Assembly (NCBI GenBank): GCA_964016885.1
Contig: OZ024755.1
Location: 6,014,001-6,078,000 of the forward strand
DNA from: Eledone cirrhosa
Lineage: Eukaryota
Length of the DNA: 64,000 bases
Reading direction: 5' to 3'
How positions within the stretch are numbered: position 1 is the first letter of the stretch; each line of letters begins with the position of its first letter. Shown here piece after piece: positions 1-13,439 of the stretch. The position numbers and the translations under genes were made by a program. The notes beneath the pieces were generated by a model. That model was not told the origin of the DNA and did not search any database. It saw only the letters and a list, made by a program, of their open reading frames with translations.

Positions 1-18
1 TAACGAGGGGGCAGCCAT

Positions 19-66
<48 letters not shown>

Positions 67-191
67 GTAAACAGAATTAACAACGCAACGGTACAGTATA
101 TGGAAAGGAGGTATTCAAAACATGGCAGAGTGTAAATATTTAATATAGAAATGGCTTCTACAGGACTAGAAATGATTAATTCCAAGGAAAT

Positions 192-223
<32 letters not shown>

Positions 224-347
224 CATACACCTATATATATATATATATATATATATAGATTGATTTACCTGCTAGAAGGATATATATATTTATACTATGT
301 ATGTAACTCTTAATTGCCTCAAAGGGTATGGTTTACTTATTATGAGG
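1..347 (+). repeat. Near-identical duplicate of 4536-4923
   Basis: Same unique blocks in the same order. Differences seen are (TA)n lengths, one A-run length and one substitution (catggcag vs catagcag). Confidence 0.93.
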
Positions 348-547
348 NNNNNNNNNNNNNNNNNNNNNNNNNNNNNNNNNNNNNNNNNNNNNNNNNNNNN
401 NNNNNNNNNNNNNNNNNNNNNNNNNNNNNNNNNNNNNNNNNNNNNNNNNNNNNNNNNNNNNNNNNNNNNNNNNNNNNNNNNNNNNNNNNNNNNNNNNNNN
501 NNNNNNNNNNNNNNNNNNNNNNNNNNNNNNNNNNNNNNNNNNNNNNN
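348..547. other. Assembly gap (200 N)
   Basis: Run of N. Confidence 1.
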
Positions 548-585
548 AATCAAAATTTTAATTTGTAAACAAATAAACTCCTTAC

Positions 586-669
586 CATCAACAAAGCAAT
601 GCCGCAAGCCGTTCCACCTAAAATGTTTAGATTACTGTAGAAAAAATCAGAAACAGCAGAGAAGCATCC
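586..669 (-). CDS. Tetraspanin exon (GC motif and first part of TM4)
   Basis: ctttttctatattttcag|GGA TGC...TTG ATG|gtaagg. 84 nt, phase 0/0, GCFSAVSDFFYSNLNILGGTACGIALLM. Completes the LYxxGC motif with the previous exon. Confidence 0.92.
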
Positions 670-734
670 CTGAAAATATAGAAAAAGAATGATTAATGGC
701 GAAATTGTGAATATTAAATTGTGGTAGAGGACAA

Positions 735-1033
735 ACTCAGAGCTGTATGGGAGCGTCCCAAAAGTCAGCTCAAAAGTGACACAGAGGAGACTGAGGGTCG
801 CTGGACATGCTCACCGACATCCAGAGTTGACATTGCACTCAGTGCTCCTGTGGGAGCCCCTACATAGACACACTAGAAGAGGAAGACCAAGGTTAACGTA
901 TGTTGATGCCCTCAGGACAGACACTGGTCTGTTGGAGACGCAGGACATGGCAGCGATAATGAGGGACAGAGGCTGCTGGAGAGAACTCGTCCATTGATGT
1001 CGGGAATTTTACCCGCCTTAGATAGATAGATAG
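735..1033 (+). mobile_element. RTE-clade LINE 3' fragment with (TAGA)n tail
   Basis: Translation RRLRVAGHAHRHPE...LLWEP..HTRRGRPRLTYVD..RTDTG...MRDR..WRELV matches the RTE C-terminal pattern. Ends in ttagatagatagatag. Confidence 0.85.
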
Positions 1034-1363
1034 GACAAAGATAGATACAACTAAAATAATTTTAAAACGAGAGACACTTGGTTTCAAAGAAAGAATTTCA
1101 AATCCCAGTGAAGAATTTTAACCTATGGAGGCAATTAATAGTCTACAAAAGACAGCTCTTACAGACTTAAGCTTGTTTGGGTCTATACAATTATTTAGGT
1201 TTGGAAAGCTTGCACATGTTAATACAGGGCCCAAGTGAAAGGATTACCAGGTGAGAACTCAAAATGCGCAAGAATTGAGGAAAACTGGGATCGCAAAGGG
1301 AAGAATAGCACCTATTCAGGGTTGAATCGGAGGTAACCACAGTAAGTAAGGTACTCAATACAA

Positions 1364-1416
1364 GAGATTCCTGATGATTTCTAAAGAATGAAACAGTTCT
1401 AGTCCTGTAGAATCTC
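1364..1416 (+). ncRNA. Type I hammerhead ribozyme motif (Penelope-like element derived)
   Basis: GAGATTC-CTGATGA-T TTC taaa GAA T-GAAA-CAG ttctagtc CTG-TA-GAATCTC. 7-bp stem I, intact core, short stem II, stem III and a GUA cleavage triplet. The base of stem II is T/T rather than a canonical pair. Confidence 0.75.
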
Positions 1417-1516
1417 ATCTATATATATATACATATATATATGTATATATATATACATATATATATATGTATATATATATGTATATATATATGTATATAT
1501 ATATGTATATATATAT

Positions 1517-1709
1517 GTATGTTAACCTTGGTCTTCCTCTTCTAGTGTGTCCATGTAGGGGCTCCCAAAGGATCACTGAGTGCAATGTTGATGCCCTAAG
1601 GACAGACACTGGTCTGTTGGAGATGCAGGATATGGCAGCGATAATGAGGGACAGAGACCGCTGGAGAGAACTCGTCCATGGATCTCGGGAATTTTACCCG
1701 CCTTAGATA

Positions 1710-1712
<3 letters not shown>
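1517..1712 (+). mobile_element. RTE LINE 3' fragment with inverted 5' segment
   Basis: About 1517-1588 is the reverse complement of the segment that directly precedes ~1585-1712 in the 735-1033 copy. Confidence 0.85.
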
Positions 1713-3091
<1,379 letters not shown>

Positions 3092-3811
3092 CTACCCACC
3101 AACCTACCCACCAACCTACCAACCTACCCACTAAACTACCCACCTATCTCCCTATATAACTAGTTTTCATTCCTTCTGTTTTCTCCTTGTTTTGATTTCA
3201 TTTTTTTCTTCTTTTGTTCCCAGTTTCTTTCTCTTTCAAGACTTTCGTTCTTCTACTTTTCTATACAACTTATCATCTGCGCCCCCCCCCCAAAAAAAAA
3301 ACTTGATAAAAACCAAGCTTCCCGAAGCTTAGCTATGATTCTAGCCTAGAGGAATGTCAGATCGTATCCTTTCTTTTTTACTTTGTATGTATGCGATAGA
3401 TATTATATCATAACAAATGTTTAAGTGTCTTTCTTTATAGTAAACAGAACTTTGAATCTTCCAGGCAAAATAACCTCTTGAGAAATACACAGAATATATA
3501 AAGAAAGAAGTGCGGAATAGCTGAATAATAGAATAAAAGAACAGAACAGAAAAAAAAGTATGAATAGTTGAAGTAATAGATAAACGAACGATTGAAGGAA
3601 TCTTACAGTATTCTGTTTATGTTGTTATTGCTTAGTCAGCAGAAACGACAATACATTTTGTATTTCCAGGACCTCCGAAACCGGTGGAAATTGACAAAGG
3701 TATCCAATTCGGCGACATGGTCCGGGTGCTTGCAACAGACTAGACTCCTCAAAACACACCCACGACACAGGTAGTGATGATAATCTGAGTGATGTTTTTT
3801 TACGTTGTCAC

Positions 3812-4105
3812 CTAAAATTAAGTCCACCTTCCAATATTCACTCTCACTCGAGATTAAATTTATTATTCAAGATAAAGTCTATCAGCCAAGACTAAGTCAA
3901 ATGCTCAAGATTAAGTTTACCATCCATAATTCTATCGTAGGAGATTAAGTTTATTACACAGGATTGAGTCTATCAGGCAAACACGAAGCTAACTCCCAAG
4001 ATTAAGTCAACCGCCTAAAATTAAGTCTACCTCACAAGACCTTGTCTACCTACTTCCTAAAATTAGGTCTGCCATTCTAGATAAAATCTACCATCCAAGA
4101 TTATA
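3812..4105. repeat. Degenerate ~19-bp minisatellite (consensus ~ATTAAGTCTACCATCCAAG)
   Basis: Recurrent aagattaagtc-like motif at about 19-bp spacing. Confidence 0.7.
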
Positions 4106-4126
4106 TATCTACCACCCAAAATGTAC

Positions 4127-4173
<47 letters not shown>

Positions 4174-4254
4174 GGCGGAAGAACTCATAACAGTCAACGG
4201 TCATCCGAAATTGTGTAAATATGTATGTATATAGACATGTACCACCAAGTTAAA

Positions 4255-4553
4255 CCACTGGGAGTGAAGGACCCCTAGCCCTTGTCAGGGCATTCTTCTA
4301 GGAAAGGCAACTCAGGAAACTGGGATAACTCCGATATAAAACCTGCGGCTCAGTAGTTACCGATGATGTTGATCTTTTCTTCTTTTCGGGTTATAGCTAC
4401 TGTCGCTCAGAGAGTGGGATTGGCTCAGTGCACAGTCTTTCCTCACTTTAAAAAATATCTTCACGCACAGGCATTGCACGATACAATTAATTAATAATTA
4501 TTAATAATGGTATATCGTACAATGGCCATACTCGATAACGAGGGGGCAGCCAT

Positions 4554-4556
<3 letters not shown>
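4255..4556 (+). mobile_element. Non-autonomous RTE-derived (bipartite SINE-like) element, subfamily 2
   Basis: Shares the 5' block (gacccc-tagcc-ttgtca-ggca...gatata-acctgc...gatgttga...gagagtggga) and 3' end (tggcc-tactcga-aacgag--ggcagcca) with 11777-12203 but has a different middle. A 3' fragment is also at ~23968-24010 (-). Confidence 0.6.
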
Positions 4557-4621
<65 letters not shown>

Positions 4622-4747
4622 GTAAACAGAATTAACAACGCAACGGTACAGTATATGGAAAGGAGGTATTCAAAAACATAGCAGAGTGTAAATATTTAAT
4701 ATAGAAATGGCTTCTACAGGACTAGAAATGATTAATTCCAAGGAAAT

Positions 4748-4779
<32 letters not shown>

Positions 4780-4785
4780 CATACA

Positions 4786-4835
<50 letters not shown>

Positions 4836-5029
4836 TTGATTTACCTGCTAGAAGGATATATATATTTATACTATGTATGTAACTCTTAATTGCCTCAAAG
4901 GGTATGGTTTACTTATTATGAGGGTTTATATATCTTTTGTTATTCATGTCTCCTTCCTTGGTAGAAAACATAACAATGGTGTTGGTGTGTGAAGAATTAG
5001 TGTGAAGTAGCCAAGTTTTTACTACCAAC

Positions 5030-5180
5030 CTTCCCATAGAGTTGGTCATTATATTGATGCGGTTGTAATGGTGGCCCTATGTACGGCGCCATATCTCTTT
5101 CAAGCCACCTGTACAGCGAGTTAAATTGGCTTTACCAGAATCTCGACAACAGCTATCTGGAACATATTTGATTTTCTCGT
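5030..5180 (-). CDS. Tetraspanin internal exon (PDSCC motif), frameshifted in this assembly
   Basis: tttttctatttcag|AC GAG AAA... gives (D)EKIKYVPDSCCRDSGKANLTRCTGGL. After a frame change near 5098-5108 it reads RDMAPYIGPPLQPHQYNDQLYGK|gttggt. Length is 151 nt where 152 or 149 is needed to keep frame. Confidence 0.85.
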
Positions 5181-5390
5181 CTGAAATAGAAAAATAGAAA
5201 TAAAGTAAATATATACATAGTTATACACAGAAATTAATATACACATATATATGGAAAAAAAAATATAGTTCTTATATATATATACATATATATAACGAAG
5301 TAATAGTCGAAACGGCTTGAGCTCAGCCATCGGGGTCCTACTTGTTCCTATACACACATATATATATATATATACACATATATAGTTCTT

Positions 5391-5422
<32 letters not shown>

Positions 5423-5427
5423 TAGTT

Positions 5428-5475
<48 letters not shown>

Positions 5476-5479
<4 letters not shown>

Positions 5480-5846
5480 ACGAAACATAAGTCAATTGCA
5501 TGAACTCATAATCCTTTATTTACTGCTATATATATTTCGATAATAGCCATTGTGTGGCTATGACCCCATCAGGCAGTTAGTCAGTTCTTAGATATGCCAG
5601 CTCTGTGTGTATAGTGTTGATGGTATCAGAGCCTTGGGACATATGAGCTTGTTAGGACTACTTTGATGTTGTCAGCAGGAATAGTCTTGATTCTCATTGG
5701 TCAGTTTGTAGATGGTAGTAGGTTGGTATTTGACCTCAAAGAGGCAGGTGGTTCTGTAGGGTTCAAACCATCAGGCAAGATGACAATAGTTCCACCATTT
5801 GCTCCCTATCCGCATACAGAAGTACTGGATTTTACCAACACTTACT
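5476..5846 (-). mobile_element. Penelope-like pLTR fragment carrying an HHR motif (5522-5577) followed by AATAAA
   Basis: Minus strand ACTGC-CTGATGG-ggtcATAGCCA cacaa TGGCTATtatc-GAAA-tatata-TA-GCAGT-aAATAAA. Core has G in place of A9. Flanked by (TA)n on both sides. Confidence 0.6.
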
Positions 5847-5944
5847 TATATATATATATACATATATAGTTCTTTATATATATATATATACATATATAGT
5901 TCTTTATATATATATATATATATACACACACATATATAGTTCTT

Positions 5945-5978
<34 letters not shown>

Positions 5979-6033
5979 TAGTTCTTTATATATATACACA
6001 TATATATATATATATATACACACATATATAGTT

Positions 6034-6078
<45 letters not shown>

Positions 6079-6087
6079 TATATAGTT

Positions 6088-6126
<39 letters not shown>

Positions 6127-6485
6127 AAGTGTTAAAACGATCAAATTTTAGTTTAGAACATTTATTTGCTGACAATTCTTTCTTCCATATATATATATAT
6201 AAGAACTTGATATATATATATATATAGTTCTCATATATAGATAATAAAAGAATATAAAGAAAAAAAAATCAATTTAAAGGCAACACAAAATGGCGAATAT
6301 ATAAACGTAGGAATGTATATATGCACATATATTAGACATATGTATAAATATATATGAATTTAAAGAAACCATTCTTCTGTCTTCCATTTTGCGAAGTAAA
6401 TCAGCACCAAATAACTAACTAGGTGTATAATTTTGAGTTCTCAACAAACAAACAAACAAAAGAGCTTCTACTTTACCTATTGAAT

Positions 6486-6536
<51 letters not shown>

Positions 6537-6546
6537 TATATATATA

Positions 6547-6580
<34 letters not shown>

Positions 6581-6667
6581 AATATATATATATAAATATA
6601 TATATATAAATAAATATATATATATATATATATAAATATATATAAATATATATATATATATATAAAT

Positions 6668-6720
<53 letters not shown>

Positions 6721-6787
6721 AATATATAAATATATATATAAAATATATATATATATATATAAATATATATATATAATATAAATATAT

Positions 6788-6860
<73 letters not shown>

Positions 6861-6877
6861 AATATATATATATAAAT

Positions 6878-6912
<35 letters not shown>

Positions 6913-7018
6913 AATATATATATATAAATATATATATAAATATATATATATAAATCATATATATATATATTATATATAAATATATATATATATATATATA
7001 AATATATATATTATATAT

Positions 7019-7065
<47 letters not shown>

Positions 7066-7079
7066 TATATTATATATAT

Positions 7080-7164
<85 letters not shown>

Positions 7165-7184
7165 TATATATATATAAATATATA

Positions 7185-7263
<79 letters not shown>

Positions 7264-7296
7264 TATATATATATATATAGATATATATATATATAT

Positions 7297-7335
<39 letters not shown>

Positions 7336-7388
7336 TATATATATATATATAGATATATATATATATAGATATATATATATATATAGAT

Positions 7389-7422
<34 letters not shown>

Positions 7423-7535
7423 GATATATATATATATATAGATATATATATATATATAGATATATATATATATATAGATATATATATATATATAGATATA
7501 TATATATATATAGATATATATATATATATATAGAG

Positions 7536-7644
<109 letters not shown>

Positions 7645-7690
7645 GTATAATCAATAGCTAAAGTAGAAGTGTGTTCCTATTTGCTTGTTC

Positions 7691-7730
<40 letters not shown>

Positions 7731-8179
7731 GCGAGAGATTTATGCCACGAAATATATAATAAATTCTGTTTTCTTTATTATGTTCTTCCATAATATATTA
7801 TCGTCAGCGTACATCCATTCTGCTAGCAAACGTTTCTATATCTGTTTCAGGAAAAATATATTACACATTCTGTCATAAATATATTGAAGGGGTGAGGTTT
7901 ATTGGTTAACGTGTCCGACCCACGATGGGTAGTTTGTGAGTTCGATTCCCAGTGGTTCGTTCTGTCCTTTGTCAAGTTACGTTGCTGCACTCTACTCATT
8001 TGGCAAACTATATATAAAAAAAAGAGTTGTATTTGTAATGCAACGATTAAGCCTTGTTACACACTGAATCTCCCTGAGGGCTATTTCAGCCATTTGCTTG
8101 GTAACATGATCAAACTATTGAAACACTCATCGTTAGAACTGAAGGAAGCTGAACACATACACAACACAAATAATTGTTT

Positions 8180-8360
8180 CTAATTTTGACACAAGGCCAG
8201 CAATTATCCCAAAGTTACTGGTACTTTATTTTAACGACCCTGTTAAGATGAAAGGCAAAGTTAACCTCGACGGGATTTGAACTCAGACCTCAAAGGGACG
8301 TAACTCTATGCTGGAAAGCATGGTGCCTGACCCTCTACTCATACTGCCAACTCACCGCCC
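8180..8360 (-). mobile_element. tRNA-derived SINE with Meta-type core (family S1), representative copy
   Basis: Minus strand has A-box-like TGGCAGTA, B box GAGTTCAAATCC, core GCCTTTCATCCTTACGGGGTCGATAAAATAAAGTACCAG and tail GCTGGCCTTGTGCCAAAAGTAGAAACAATT (family consensus by eye). Other minus copies ~9500-9690, 9705-9765, 14690-14872, 16860-16950, 20730-21040, 24030-24198, 26027-26208, 26878-27005, 32203-32390. Confidence 0.88.
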
Positions 8361-8484
8361 ACAAATATCATCGGTTAGTTAGTCACTCTCCGTCTTTTAA
8401 AGCTATAGTTGGTTCTAACAATGAAGATGACACCGGAGAAGTTACTCTTTTAAGGTAAATTTTATTTATGAACCAACTAACATC

Positions 8485-8632
8485 TGTCTAGGGCGGGTAA
8501 AATTCCCGAGATCCATGGACGAGTTCTCTGTCCCTCATTATCGCTGCCTTGTCCTGCGTCTCCAAGAGACCAGTGTCTTTCCTTAGGGCATCAACATATG
8601 TTAACCTCGGTCTTCCTCTTCCAGTGTGTCCA
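8485..8632 (-). mobile_element. RTE LINE 3' fragment (same family as 735-1033)
   Basis: [47 protein letters not shown]. Confidence 0.85.
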
Positions 8633-10076
8633 ACTAACATAGAGGATTCAAAATTGGGATTCACGACAGCTGAGTACGTTGCGATAATTGTGTATGTCAC
8701 GACAGAAACATGTCATGACAGTTGTATTTAATCTGGCAATTATCTGTGTCGTTTTATAAAATCTAGGTGTATTGTGAAATTATATCCTATCTGATAAATA
8801 TTCACTAATTTTGAAGTCACGTGGCTTAATGGTTAAACTGTCGGACGTATTATCATAAAGTTGTAGGTTCAATTTCCATATAGGGAGGCTGGAGGCATAT
8901 TTTGTACGTGAAGCAAGCCGTTTCATTTCATATTTATTTTTATATGATGAATAAAGGGTCCGTTGGAAAATCCATTTGCAAGAAAAGGGTCTCTGGAAGT
9001 GAAATGTTTAGCAAACACTGGTATATACAACAGGACAATATAAATATATGAAATAAGACCATTCTATACAAACATATATGAAATAAAGCCATTCTATATA
9101 TACATATATGAAATATATGAAATAAGACCATTCTATACATACATGCACAAGTATTTGCAGGCTTTATTCTTTAACCATTGATAAACCAAAAAGAAATACT
9201 ATAGGTTCTAGATTGTAATATGATGTATACATTTCTCTAGGTATAGACATGTCTATTATATTTATTGAAACGATTACATATACACAAACATTTTATATGA
9301 GTTTATAGACGCTTTTATAAATTTTGAATATATCTTTATGTCATAGAAATGTAATGTGTTTTTCGAATATTAATTATAACATTCGATTCGTTTGCAATTA
9401 TGCCATATATATTTATGTTAGTTTGTACGGGTATACACATAATTACATATATGCTCATATTAGTTTTTGTCGTTCCCTTTTTGGCATGCCCTATATTATA
9501 TAATTGTTGCTACATTTGGCACAAGGCCAGCAATTACCCGGTACATTACTGGTACTTTATTTTATCGACCCCGTAAGGATGAAAGGCAAAGTTAACCTCG
9601 ACAGGATTTGAACTCAAACCGTAAAGGGACGTAACTATGCTAGAAAGCATGGCGTTCAACCCTCTACTGATACTGCCAATTCACCGCCCTCATAATATCA
9701 TATAATTGTTTCTACTATTGGCACAAGGCCAGAAATTACCCAGTACATTACTGGTACTTTATTTTTAATTATAATAATATTATATAATGTTATGTTATAT
9801 TAAATTATACTATATTATGATATATATATTATTTTGGGAAGAATCCAGAGATAAGATCACACATTTCTATCCTCTGCTTTCTCAACCAGATTTGACAATA
9901 TTCAAAACTTATCGATCATTGAGTAATGAAAATAAAATTAAAATGATTATGCTGGCTTCGAACTGAACATATACCTTTCAACTCTCTCTCTCTTGTTTCT
10001 CATTTGGTCCTTAGATACAGTTCCTAATCTGACGTGGCTTACTAGCTCTACATGGTCGTTTAAATTACACACGCAT

Positions 10077-10148
<72 letters not shown>

Positions 10149-10283
10149 TTATATTCAAAAATTAGATGGAAAACAAACAAACCGAACAATATAGTTCAAT
10201 GAATATGTATGTATGTATGTATGTATATATATATATATACGTATATATATATACATATATGTATATACGTATATATATATACA

Positions 10284-10372
<89 letters not shown>

Positions 10373-10645
10373 GTATATATATATACATATATATACGTAT
10401 ATATATATACATATATGTATATATATATATATATATTATATATATATATATATATATATTATAGATATATATATATATACGTATATATATATATATACAT
10501 TTATATTCAAAAATTAGATGGAAAACAAACAAACCGAACAATATAGTTCAATGAATATGTATGTATGTATGTATGTATGTATATATATATATATACGTAT
10601 ATATATATACATATATGTATATACGTATATATATATACATATATG

Positions 10646-10707
<62 letters not shown>

Positions 10708-10863
10708 TATATACATATATGTATATATATATATATATATTATATATATATATATATATATATTATAGATATATATATATATACGTATATATATATATAT
10801 ACATATATTATAGATATATATATATATACGTATATATATATATATACATATATTATAGATATA

Positions 10864-10904
<41 letters not shown>

Positions 10905-10928
10905 ATATATATATATATATATATATAT

Positions 10929-10997
<69 letters not shown>

Positions 10998-11010
10998 AAT
11001 ATATATATAT

Positions 11011-11047
<37 letters not shown>

Positions 11048-11384
11048 GATATATACATACATACAGTTATCCTTAAATCCAATAGCAATTTACTCAGTCA
11101 AAGAAACTAATAATTCGTAACCTACGTAATAGCCACGCGATAAACGTAATTTATAATTAGGTTATGCTATTAAAAATATAAATTTTATCAATTAATCTTA
11201 TTATGAAGATTAATGACATTAAAGAAAGCCTCATTATTGGTAAGGTTGTATGTGATATTGGTCTGATTAATTTCACACTTATTCTAATTATCCAGAGGTG
11301 GGGAGAGTGAGAGGGGGAGATGGAGGCAGTGGTAATGTCAACGTTGCTGAAGTGTTTTAAAACTTATTGTTATTACTAGATATA

Positions 11385-11612
11385 ATAATGGTTTCTTATA
11401 TAGACACAAGGCCAGCAATTCTTGGGGGTGGGGAGGTTAAAGTCGATTAAATCGACCCCAGTGCGTGACTGGTACTTTATTTTATCGACCCCGTAAGGAT
11501 GAAAGGCAACGTCAACCTCGGCGGGATTTGAACTCAGATCATAAAGGGCCTTAACTCTTTGCTGCAAAGCATGGCGTCCGACCCTCTACCGATACTGCCA
11601 ATCCACCGCCCT
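11385..11612 (-). mobile_element. S1 SINE, longer variant with extra internal block
   Basis: Contains the additional ggggtcgatttaatcgacttt segment. A similar variant lies at 31204-31415. Confidence 0.85.
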
Positions 11613-11776
11613 TCTATTACTAGATACAATAATACAACAACAACGTCTTCAGCAATCTACGTATAATTGTTTCATGTCTTCCTTAAAATCAAGAATCGTT
11701 TATGAGCGACCAATGAGATGTTTACCTATCTGTCTACATGTATGTATATATAAGAGTATATATGTATGCGGGAGAG

Positions 11777-12203
11777 ATGACCCCTTAGCCTCTGGGAGAG
11801 ATGACCCCTTAGCCTTTGTCAAGGCAGAATTCTAGGAGAAGGAAAACTCTGATATAACACCTGCAACCCTGATGGTATCCAATGATGTTGACTTGTTCTT
11901 CTTTTTGGTAAATATCATCTTGGTTAAGAGAGTGGGACTGGCTTTGTGCAGTGCCTTTGCTCACTATAAAAGCTTCACGGCACAGGCATTGCTTTATATC
12001 TGGAGATCTCTCTGCACTTGTCGTCACATGGTACCATGGGCCTAGCACTATGTGTCAATAATTGTCACAAGTGTAGTGTTTGTACCAGAGTTTTCAAGTT
12101 GCTGGCTGGACTAAAAAGTCACACTCGTTCATCGCATCGGCAGGGATTCTCCTACATGGATATAAAGTAGTGGCCGTACTCGAAAACGAGTTGGCAGCCA
12201 CCA
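11777..12203 (+). mobile_element. Non-autonomous RTE-derived element (~420 bp), subfamily 1
   Basis: Near-identical copies at 59341-59745 (-) and 41021-41305 (+, 5'-truncated). AGGAGAAGGAAAACTCTGAT resembles RTE 5'-UTR motifs. Ends in a TATG/TA microsatellite. Confidence 0.75.
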
Positions 12204-12304
12204 TATATGTATGTATGTATATATGTATGTATGCATGTCTGTATACATTTTATATCTCTTACTTAAGAAGTCTAAATTTCGCTTCTACCAGTGATACACA
12301 CGCA

Positions 12305-12397
<93 letters not shown>

Positions 12398-12580
12398 TAT
12401 TCAGTGTATTAAGATAGGTTTACAATGTATATGGCCAACAACGTAGTCGTGGCATCAGCGATTCAATGTTCATAGTCGGGCCTTTATTGTATAAATCTAT
12501 ATGTGTATATATGAACACTTTAAGCAGCGTATGGATTGTTTCATTGTGGTAAAGGGTAAGGATACCTTTCGGTTACACAA

Positions 12581-12613
<33 letters not shown>

Positions 12614-12615
<2 letters not shown>

Positions 12616-12752
12616 ACGAAGGAAATGTGGTAAGGAACCAGATGGACCATAACGCACCAAAGTACTCAATACTTAGGGTAGTAGAGTGGGTAATAGGAAC
12701 GAGTAGGACCCCGACGGCTGAGCTCAAGCCGTCGGGGTCCTACTCGTTCCTA
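12614..12752. mobile_element. Foldback family A copy with short palindrome, in (TA)n
   Basis: About 80-bp unique arm, then TAGGAACGAGTAGGACCCCGACGGCT-gagctca-AGCCGTCGGGGTCCTACTCGTTCCTA. Confidence 0.8.
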
Positions 12753-12803
12753 TATATATATAAATATATGACGTTATAATTCTTTTGCTCTATTTGACAT
12801 GAT

Positions 12804-12854
<51 letters not shown>

Positions 12855-12861
12855 ATATAAT

Positions 12862-12906
<45 letters not shown>

Positions 12907-13439
12907 TTATATATATATATATACATACATCACGAAATTCAATGATAGAGAAAAGGAAAACAATATGGAAATTCCTATTGCATTCTACAAGAAGCACATT
13001 CACATCTATAAGAACATCAACAACAACAACAACAACACCACCATCTCCAACGACAACAACAACACCAACACCACCACCCACAACAGTAACAACAACACCA
13101 CCATCTATAACGACAACAACAACAACACCAACATCAACACCAGTCACAAGAGTAAGAAAAGCATCAACAACAACAACACCGATAATCATGATAATAGAAA
13201 GAAATGAAATCGAATGCAACGGAAATAGATTTGTGAAGATGTGATACATACAACGGTTATATCCTCTGTAGGTGCGGCGGACTAGAAAGGGGTGGAAGAA
13301 AAAGAGAAGCAAAATGGGTTAGTAATGATATAGAAATGTTAGTTCCTTTTGTTGCTGAGATGTCTTGTTGGTACACACGCATTATTGGTAACCTAAACTC
13401 TCTACCAAACCCTATGAAAATCATTGCTTGTTTTGGATC

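Noticed and set aside
5026-5079. Rescue of the frameshifted exon by A-to-I editing of the UAG stop plus a donor 4 nt downstream
   Set aside because: Formally in frame, but it loses the LYxKGC motif and needs two unsupported events. An indel is simpler.
11809-12048. 79-aa ORF repeated at 59497-59736 and partly at 40922-41149
   Set aside because: Antisense to a dispersed repeat. Identity reflects recent transposition, not coding constraint.
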